The position numbers were made by a program, and so were the translations under genes. Shown here one piece after another: positions 25,784 to 32,000 of a stretch of DNA of 32,000 nucleotides (its first letter is position 1; every line of letters begins with the position of its first letter). The stretch comes from Aquifex aeolicus VF5 (GTDB lineage Bacteria > Aquificota > Aquificia > Aquificales > Aquificaceae). The DNA lies in the NCBI RefSeq assembly GCF_000008625.1, contig NC_000918.1, positions 1,260,001 through 1,292,000 of the forward strand, written 5' to 3'. The notes beneath the pieces are model-generated. The model saw nothing but the letters and a program-made list of their open reading frames with translations. It made no database searches and had not been told where the DNA came from.

Positions 25784-26755
25784 AACGTCAAGAAGTTATC
25801 GGAGTTTTCCGGGAAAAAGGTTATAGCGGTTATAAAGGCGGACGCCTACGGTATAGGTTCTATACAAATGGCAAAAATACTAGAGCCTATTGAAGAAGTG
25901 GACGCTTTCGCGGTAGCCTGCGTTGAAGAGGGGGTTGAACTCAGGAAAATGGGAATAAAAAAGGAAATACTCATACTGGGAGGAGTACTGAAGGATGAAG
26001 TCCCTTTAGTAGAGGAGTACTTCCTTACCCCCGTTGTTTCGGATATTGAGCACCTGAGAGCTATAGGAAACAGGGATATAAAGTTTCACGTAAAGTACGA
26101 CACGGGAATGGGAAGACTTGGGTTTTTGAACGAAGTTATACACGACCCGAGGGTGGAAGGGATAATGAGTCACCTCTCGAGCCCGGCGGACGAAGAATTT
26201 TCCAAACTCCAGATAAAGAAGTTTGAGGAGATAGTTAAGAAGTACACAAAAGTTGAGAAAATCCACATGGAGAGTTCAGCAGGTGTTGTGTACAGAGTGC
26301 CTTTTACCACTCACATAAGGGTAGGGCTTGCAATGTACGGCGAAAAACCCCTGAAGAATTACCCCGTTGATATAAAACCCGCACTCACTCTTAAAGCTAA
26401 GTTAATATCCGTAAAGGAACTTCCTGAAAATTATCCGGTATCTTACAGCAGGACGTACGTAACTAAGAAAAAAACGAAAACAGGTGTAGTTGCCTTCGGG
26501 TACGCGGACGGACTCATGAAAACACTGTCCAACAGGAGTTATTTGCTTTATAAGGGAGAAAAGCTACCAATTTTCGGGAACATTACCATGGACATGACAA
26601 TAGTGGACCTGAAAAATACGGACGCAAAGGTAGGGGATTGGGTTTACGTGGTAAACGAAGAAAGAACCTTTACGGAACTTGCAAGAGAAGCGGGAACGAT
26701 ACCCTATGAGCTCATGTGCAACTTATCAAAAAGGATTAAAAGAGTCGTAGTGTAG
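25739..26755 (+). CDS. alr: Alanine racemase
   Basis: 338 aa. PLP-lysine motif AVIKADAYGIG, then SHLS and YGYADG-type motifs (FGYADGL). Confidence 0.92.
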   Translation: MPRAILEINSERIRHNVKKLSEFSGKKVIAVIKADAYGIGSIQMAKILEPIEEVDAFAVACVEEGVELRKMGIKKEILILGGVLKDEVPLVEEYFLTPVVSDIEHLRAIGNRDIKFHVKYDTGMGRLGFLNEVIHDPRVEGIMSHLSSPADEEFSKLQIKKFEEIVKKYTKVEKIHMESSAGVVYRVPFTTHIRVGLAMYGEKPLKNYPVDIKPALTLKAKLISVKELPENYPVSYSRTYVTKKKTKTGVVAFGYADGLMKTLSNRSYLLYKGEKLPIFGNITMDMTIVDLKNTDAKVGDWVYVVNEERTFTELAREAGTIPYELMCNLSKRIKRVVV

Positions 26756-27396
26756 ATTAAAGTAAATAGAGCCACAAATAAAAAGTAAATTTTTAGTTTC
26801 TTACTCCCGAATATAATCGCGTATCCAGACTTAAATAAATTGTTGGACATAACCGCGAGGAGTATCCCCATCGCCGCAACGTCTACGCCTATTTCCCCCT
26901 TATCGGAAAGTCTCGCGAGGAGCAGTGTAATTGCGTCTATGTCCATTATTCCAGATAAAAAACTCAAGACGTAAATTCCCTCGTCACCAAAGTGAGTCTT
27001 CAAATAGTGAGAAATAACGCTTATAGTGGAGTAAATTAAACCGAAGGTAAAAGCCTGAGAGAGGGAAAAGGGATTTTTTATTGACATGCTCCCACCTTCC
27101 TCGTGGTTCTTGTTACCTTTCAAGTACAAAAATATTGCAAACATAAGCAATAAGGCAAAATACGGAAGGAGTAATAGGACGAGTTTATAAATCATTCCCT
27201 CAAATATGATGAAGGTGTAAAAGATAACCCTGAAAAACATAACGAGCCAGGAAAGGATTATTGAAAAGAAGAATAGTTCCGAGAGGTATGAGAATTTTCT
27301 TGAGAGATTAGAAAAAGCCATAGTTACCGCGGTACTGGAAGGGATACCGCCGATGAGTGCTGTGAGGATTAAACTTCCTGTTCCTTTGTACTTCAA
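26704..27396 (-). CDS. DUF4010 membrane domain: C-terminal fragment of a split MgtC/DUF4010 gene
   Basis: LTALIGGIPSSTAVTMAF is the typical DUF4010 motif. The TTG start is an artefact: the frame stays open upstream to at least 27637 and reads ...REDVITVLKFFTISFVVFPLLPDREIIRGLNPSEVWKFVILVSSVDFVGYFLLKYKG. Confidence 0.7.
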   Translation of the reverse strand: MKYKGTGSLILTALIGGIPSSTAVTMAFSNLSRKFSYLSELFFFSIILSWLVMFFRVIFYTFIIFEGMIYKLVLLLLPYFALLLMFAIFLYLKGNKNHEEGGSMSIKNPFSLSQAFTFGLIYSTISVISHYLKTHFGDEGIYVLSFLSGIMDIDAITLLLARLSDKGEIGVDVAAMGILLAVMSNNLFKSGYAIIFGSKKLKIYFLFVALFTLIYTTTLLILFDKLHMSS

Positions 27397-27539
27397 AAGG
27401 AAGTAACCTACAAAGTCAACCGAGGAAACGAGTATAACGAACTTCCAGACTTCTGAAGGATTTAAACCTCTAATTATTTCTCTGTCCGGAAGCAGGGGAA
27501 AGACTACGAAGGAAATTGTAAAGAACTTAAGAACGGTAA

Positions 27540-27965
27540 TTACGTCCTCTCGTCCAGTCTTTTTGCGAGGTTCTCCATACTGTCTCTGAGGACGAGGATA
27601 AAAGTCGTAAGGATTGTGGTAACAACGGCCAAGTAGTACTCGCCTGCAGAAACAAGTAGACCTACTATAAATGTAATCAACGCGGAAACTTCGGTGGTTA
27701 TACCCATACTTCTGTCCTTCCAGTAACTAATGGACGCAAGGATTATAAGCCCAAGAAAACTCAAGAAAACGTAAGGAAATTCCCTGTAAAGGAAACCCGA
27801 AAGTGTTCCCAGAACCGCTATCAAAGGGAATGTCCTTATTCCCGCGAAGATGTCGTGTCCGAATTTAGCCCTTATCTCCCTTTCAAGTCCGATAATAAGT
27901 CCGAGGAAAGCAGAAAAAACGATTTTAAATTCGGGGGAGGCGGAGAACTCCTTAAAAAAATCCAT
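27540..27965 (-). CDS. MgtC/SapB-family membrane domain: N-terminal fragment of a split MgtC/DUF4010 gene
   Basis: 141 aa. GLIIGLEREIRAK...AGIRTFPLIA is the MgtC-family signature. Its ATG is directly adjacent to the stop of the upstream membrane-protein gene. Confidence 0.75.
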   Translation of the reverse strand: MDFFKEFSASPEFKIVFSAFLGLIIGLEREIRAKFGHDIFAGIRTFPLIAVLGTLSGFLYREFPYVFLSFLGLIILASISYWKDRSMGITTEVSALITFIVGLLVSAGEYYLAVVTTILTTFILVLRDSMENLAKRLDERT

Positions 27966-28373
27966 TTACCTTATATATGTAATTATCATCACTATTAAGG
28001 TTCCGAGGATTAGGTTTATGCTGACAAAAACAGGTATAGAAGAAAACAACCTTTTCCTGTAGAGGTAAAGGTGTATGTAGATGAATATTAAGGTCATTAT
28101 TCCGAAGAGAAAGAGCTTAAAGTGAAAGAGTGGGTTCTGGGAAAAGTCCTTCCTGTAGCCGTGCCAGAGTGCCATTCCCGTGGTGAAAAGAACTATTATC
28201 GCGAGCCAGACTACTAAGAAAAACCTTCCGAGTGTCCTTTGAGCTACCTCTTTCCTGCAGTCCTCAGAAGCACTCCTGAGTGCGGGGGTTAAAAACAGAA
28301 CGTTGAAGAACATACCCCCTATCCAGACTATTGCAAAAAATATATGTAAAAAGAGATAGGCTTTGTAATCCAT
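27966..28373 (-). CDS. Small 4-TM membrane protein (CopD/HemJ-like fold; family uncertain)
   Basis: 135 aa. N-terminal LFLHIFFAIVWIGGMFF resembles the first helix of CopD/HemJ-type proteins. Lies 24 nt downstream of rpsG. Confidence 0.55.
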   Translation of the reverse strand: MDYKAYLFLHIFFAIVWIGGMFFNVLFLTPALRSASEDCRKEVAQRTLGRFFLVVWLAIIVLFTTGMALWHGYRKDFSQNPLFHFKLFLFGIMTLIFIYIHLYLYRKRLFSSIPVFVSINLILGTLIVMIITYIR

Positions 28374-28397
28374 CCCACCACCTCCAAGATAAAAAGC

Positions 28398-28880
28398 TTA
28401 CCACCTGAAGTGAGAGAAAACCATGTTCGCATGTGCCATCCTGTGCGTCTCTTCCTTCTTCTTGTACGCTCCTCCCCTCTCGTTGAGCGCATCTAACAGT
28501 TCTGCCTTCAACCTCTCTATCATAGTGTACTGTTCCCTTCCCCTCGGTCTTTCCCTCGCAGCTTGAACTAGCCACTTTATCGCCAAACTTATCTGCCTCC
28601 TCTCTGGCACTTCTATCGGCACCTGATACGTAGCTCCTCCCACTCTTGTGGGTCTCACTTCCCACTCGGGCTTTAACTTCTCTATTACCTTATGAAGCAG
28701 TTCAACAGGGTGCATGTTTACCTCTTTCGCAGCCTCTTCCAGTGCAGTGTAGACTATCCACTCAGCCACGCTTTTCTTTCCGTCCTTCATCACTTTGTTT
28801 ATTAACTTCTGAACGAGCACGTCCCCGTACTTGGGGTCGGGCGGTATTTCTCTCGGAGGTACTGGTCCTTTCCTTGGCAT
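28398..28880 (-). CDS. rpsG: 30S ribosomal protein S7
   Basis: 160 aa. MPRKGPV...DPKYGD...[21 protein letters not shown] is unmistakably S7. Confidence 0.97.
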   Translation of the reverse strand: MPRKGPVPPREIPPDPKYGDVLVQKLINKVMKDGKKSVAEWIVYTALEEAAKEVNMHPVELLHKVIEKLKPEWEVRPTRVGGATYQVPIEVPERRQISLAIKWLVQAARERPRGREQYTMIERLKAELLDALNERGGAYKKKEETHRMAHANMVFSHFRW

Positions 28881-28883
28881 CTA

Positions 28884-29270
28884 TCAACCTCCTTTTTCTT
28901 CCTTCGGTCTCTTGGTTCCGTACTTGGAACGGGATTGTCTCCTTCCTTCAACACCGGCTGCATCAAGCGCTCCTCTGATAATCTTGTATCTCACACCGGG
29001 AAGGTCCTTCACTCTTCCTCCTCTTACGAGAACTATGGAGTGTTCCTGAAGGTTGTGACCTTCACCGGGGATGTAGGCAGTGACTTCAATACCGTTGGAG
29101 AGCCTGACTCTTGCGACTTTTCTGAGGGCAGAGTTTGGCTTTTTTGGAGTGACTGTGTAGACTCTCACGCACACTCCTCTCTTTTGAGGGCAGCCTTGAA
29201 GTGCCGGAGCTTTAGACTTTTTCTTCCTCTTTTCCCTTCCGTACTTAACTAACTGGTTGAACGTCGGCAT
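28884..29270 (-). CDS. rpsL: 30S ribosomal protein S12
   Basis: 128 aa. MPTFNQL...[52 protein letters not shown] is unmistakably S12. Confidence 0.97.
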   Translation of the reverse strand: MPTFNQLVKYGREKRKKKSKAPALQGCPQKRGVCVRVYTVTPKKPNSALRKVARVRLSNGIEVTAYIPGEGHNLQEHSIVLVRGGRVKDLPGVRYKIIRGALDAAGVEGRRQSRSKYGTKRPKEEKGG

Positions 29271-29322
29271 TCGCTTCCTCCTTCGGTAAGTAAAATTATA
29301 AGGTTAAAATAAAAACTCTAAA
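29271..29322. promoter_or_regulatory. Short divergent intergenic region between rpsL and purL
   Basis: 52 nt and AT-rich (TAAAATTATAAGGTTAAAATAAAAA). The GGAGGAAGCGA RBS for rpsL is on the minus strand. No promoter boxes can be assigned with certainty. Confidence 0.3.
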
Positions 29323-31560
29323 ATGGAAAGGGTTTGGGAAGCCTACGGATTGACCGAAGAAGAATACAGAAAAATACTAAAAACCTTAAAAAGGGAGCCC
29401 AACCACGTTGAACTCGGCGTTTTAGGAGCTCTGTGGTCGGAACACTGCTCTTACAAGTCCAGCAAAAAGCACCTGAAAAAGTTTCCCACAAAAGCGGAAT
29501 GGGTTGTTCAGGGACCGGGTGAAAACGCCGGGGTTGTAAAAATTGACGAAAAGGTTTGGGTAGCCTTTAAAGTCGAGAGCCACAACCACCCCTCTTACAT
29601 AGAGCCCTTTCACGGTGCGGCTACAGGAGTTGGCGGTATTATCAGAGACGTACTGTCCATGGGAGCGAGACCCATAGCCCTCGCGGACAGCCTGAGGTTC
29701 GGCGAGTTTAATTACCATGAAACGAAGAGGCTCGTTAAAGGAGTAGTAAGCGGTATCAGTTTCTACGGAAACTGCATAGGAGTTCCCACGGTTGCCGGAG
29801 AAACGGTTTTCGAACCTTCTTATAAAACGAACCCGTTGGTAAACGCCTTTTGTCTTGGAGTTATACCCGCAGGGAGGATGTACAGGGCAAGGGCTACTAG
29901 GGAAGGACAGCTCCTCTTTTTAATAGGTTCTTCCACGGGAAGGGACGGGATTTTTGGAGCCGTAATGGCCTCGGGAGAGTTTTCCGAAGACGTGGAAGAA
30001 AAGAGACCTAACGTACAGATAGGGGATCCGTACTTTGGGAAGAAGCTCGTGGAAGCAATAATGGAGATAGTGGAGAAGGATTTAATCGTCGGAATGCAGG
30101 ATCTGGGAGCTGCAGGGCTTGCAGGCTCTGCTTCCGAAATAGCTGCAAAGTCCGAAAAGGGTGTGGAACTTTACCTAGAAAACGTCCCCTTAAGGGAAAA
30201 GGATATGAACCCCTACGAGATACTCCTTTCAGAGAGTCAGGAGAGGATGCTTCTCGTTGTGGAAGAAGAAAACGTTGAAAAGGTCAAAGAGATAGCCAAT
30301 AAGTGGCACCTTGAGGGTGCGGTAGTAGGAAAGATAACCGATGACGATACATTCAGGGCTTACTACAAAGGAGAACTGGTTGCAGAACTACCCGTTTCAC
30401 TTATAGTAGACGAAGCTCCCGTTTACGATAGACCCTACAAAGAACCCGAATACATGAAGGAAGTGAGGAATTTCAATCAAGAGGAGCTTCCTCAAACAGA
30501 TGTAAAAGAAGCCCTCAAAAAACTCCTATCTTCGCCAAACATTTCGTGCAAGGAGTGGGTTTACACTCAGTACGACTATCAAGTAGGAACGAACACCCTC
30601 CTTATCCCCGGGCACGACGCAGCGGTTTTAAGACTCAAGTGGGTTCTAAGACCGGAGCTCACAACAGAAAAAGGAATAGCCATATCTTCCGAAGGAAACG
30701 GCAGGATGGTTTACCTCAATCCCTACGAAGGGGGGAAGTTCGTAGTCGCGGAAGTTTGCAGAAACCTCGCGTGTGTAGGAGCAAAACCCTTAGCCATAAC
30801 GGACTGTCTTAACTTCGGAAATCCAGAAAGACCGGAGATAATGTGGCAGTTCGTAAAGGCTGTAGAGGGAATGGCAGAAGCGTGTGAGGAACTCGGTATT
30901 CCGGTAGTGAGCGGGAACGTATCCCTTTACAATGAAACCGTTGAGAAAAACGAAATCAGGAACGTATTTCCTACTCCCATAGTCGTAGGTGTGGGTGTCT
31001 TAGAAAAGGCGGAGAAGTATACGCCTTCAAAAGTAGAAAAGGAAAGTGAGCTGTACCTCGTTGGAAACCTTGAGGAGAACTTAAGACTTGACGGAAGTGA
31101 GTACCTCAAAGTAATCCACGGACTTATAAAGGGAGATGTGCCTCCTGTAGACCTTGAAAAGGAAAAGATACTTATAAACCTTCTCATCTCTTTTAACAAC
31201 AAGGAATTGATAACCTGTGCCCACGACGTTTCCGTAGGAGGACTGTTAATCGCACTCCTTGAAATGGTCTTTAGAACACCCTACGGTCTTGAAGTGGAAG
31301 TTTACACCGATGAAAGACCGGATGTGTTCTTCTTCTCGGAAAACCCCACAAGGGTGATTATAGGCGTGGAAAGTGATAAGGCGGAAGAGGTAAAGAACGC
31401 CGTTGAAAAGGCTGGACTTGAGTGGATGTACATAGGAAAAACGACGGAAGAGAAAAAGATAAAAGTAACCTTCAACGGAGATACTCTCTTAGAGGACGAG
31501 CTTGAGGAGTACGAAAAGTTATGGAGAACTTCCTTAGAAAAACTGCTTGGCTCTACTTAA
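29323..31560 (+). CDS. purL: Phosphoribosylformylglycinamidine synthase subunit II
   Basis: 745 aa. SEHCSYKSS, ESHNHPS, GGIIRD and the duplicated AIR-synthase-like domains are typical of small PurL. Confidence 0.95.
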   Translation: MERVWEAYGLTEEEYRKILKTLKREPNHVELGVLGALWSEHCSYKSSKKHLKKFPTKAEWVVQGPGENAGVVKIDEKVWVAFKVESHNHPSYIEPFHGAATGVGGIIRDVLSMGARPIALADSLRFGEFNYHETKRLVKGVVSGISFYGNCIGVPTVAGETVFEPSYKTNPLVNAFCLGVIPAGRMYRARATREGQLLFLIGSSTGRDGIFGAVMASGEFSEDVEEKRPNVQIGDPYFGKKLVEAIMEIVEKDLIVGMQDLGAAGLAGSASEIAAKSEKGVELYLENVPLREKDMNPYEILLSESQERMLLVVEEENVEKVKEIANKWHLEGAVVGKITDDDTFRAYYKGELVAELPVSLIVDEAPVYDRPYKEPEYMKEVRNFNQEELPQTDVKEALKKLLSSPNISCKEWVYTQYDYQVGTNTLLIPGHDAAVLRLKWVLRPELTTEKGIAISSEGNGRMVYLNPYEGGKFVVAEVCRNLACVGAKPLAITDCLNFGNPERPEIMWQFVKAVEGMAEACEELGIPVVSGNVSLYNETVEKNEIRNVFPTPIVVGVGVLEKAEKYTPSKVEKESELYLVGNLEENLRLDGSEYLKVIHGLIKGDVPPVDLEKEKILINLLISFNNKELITCAHDVSVGGLLIALLEMVFRTPYGLEVEVYTDERPDVFFFSENPTRVIIGVESDKAEEVKNAVEKAGLEWMYIGKTTEEKKIKVTFNGDTLLEDELEEYEKLWRTSLEKLLGST

Positions 31561-32000
31561 GTATAGCAGTAAGCGTCTTTTTACTCGACATAATTACCAA
31601 AAATCTAGCGGAGAAGTTATTTACAACTCACGTTGAAGTGTTTCCCTTTCTGGAGTTTTACCTGATATACAACAAAGGCGTAGCCTTCGGTCTCCTTTCC
31701 GAACTTCCTGATCCTTTGAGGCTTCCTTTGCTCTTGATAACTCCCGTTATAGCCCTGATAATTACGTTCCTTTACGCGCTATACAGCGGAGACAGGATTG
31801 TTGCAATCTCCATGGGATTAATAGGAGGAGGTGCACTCGGAAACCTCTACGACAGGTTATTTCTCGGAATGGTGAGAGACTTTATACACCTACATATAGG
31901 GGAGTATTACTGGCCAGCCTTTAACATCGCAGACGCTTCCATAAGTATAGGTATTGCTCTCTTAATACTCAAGTACTTCTTCACTAAGCCTGCCCTCAAA
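31521..32000 (+). CDS. lspA: Lipoprotein signal peptidase II (runs to the window end; no stop seen)
   Basis: Absent from the ORF track. My translation from ATG 31521 gives MENFLRKTAWLYLSIAVSVFLLDIITKNLA...IYNKGVAFGLL...GGGALGNLYDRLFLGMVRDFIHL...WPAFNIADASISIG, which carries the LspA motifs (NKGVAFG, GN.YDR, VRDF, FNIAD). Overlaps purL by 40 nt. Confidence 0.85.
   Translation, partial: MENFLRKTAWLYLSIAVSVFLLDIITKNLAEKLFTTHVEVFPFLEFYLIYNKGVAFGLLSELPDPLRLPLLLITPVIALIITFLYALYSGDRIVAISMGLIGGGALGNLYDRLFLGMVRDFIHLHIGEYYWPAFNIADASISIGIALLILKYFFTKPALK

Noticed and set aside
28264-29252. ORFs of 133, 110, 72 and 105 aa overlapping rpsG and rpsL
   Set aside because: They are alternative-frame or antisense shadows of two unmistakable ribosomal protein genes, and they have Arg/Ser-rich junk composition.

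Overview
Compact chromosomal segment with about 45 genes. Many neighbours overlap by 1-50 nt or share ATGA/GTGA stop-start junctions. The proteins are K/E/I/Y-rich, as in a hyperthermophile. The gene content (class V FBP aldolase/phosphatase, a Sox system without soxCD, a GAF-type sigma-54 activator) suggests Aquificaceae, probably Aquifex aeolicus; this rests on memory and cannot be verified here. Layout: (i) 1-6704, a minus-strand housekeeping run (aconitase 5' end, trpC, murJ, fbp, orphan, sigma-54 activator, two membrane proteins). (ii) 6721-9118, ymdB plus a split lytic transglycosylase. (iii) 9541-16832, a ten-gene minus-strand sulfur-oxidation operon: thioredoxin-soxYZAXB-DUF302-DUF302-rhodanese-metallo-beta-lactamase. 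(iv) 17001-22484, hom, ZIP transporter, engB, rsmA, purU, nfeD. (v) 22506-25486, the most interesting part: a tightly coupled operon encoding a Roadblock/MglB-like protein, an MglA-type small GTPase (split by a frameshift), a 355-aa DUF4388-like protein, and a membrane sensor with a periplasmic c-haem domain that ends right after its HAMP domain. I read this as a conservon-like G-protein signalling module. (vi) 25739-32000, alr, a split MgtC/DUF4010 gene, a small membrane protein, rpsG, rpsL, purL, and the 5' part of lspA, which the ORF track misses because it runs off the window. Three genes are each split by an apparent -1 frameshift. I saw no rRNA, tRNA, CRISPR array, IS element or prophage/defence island.
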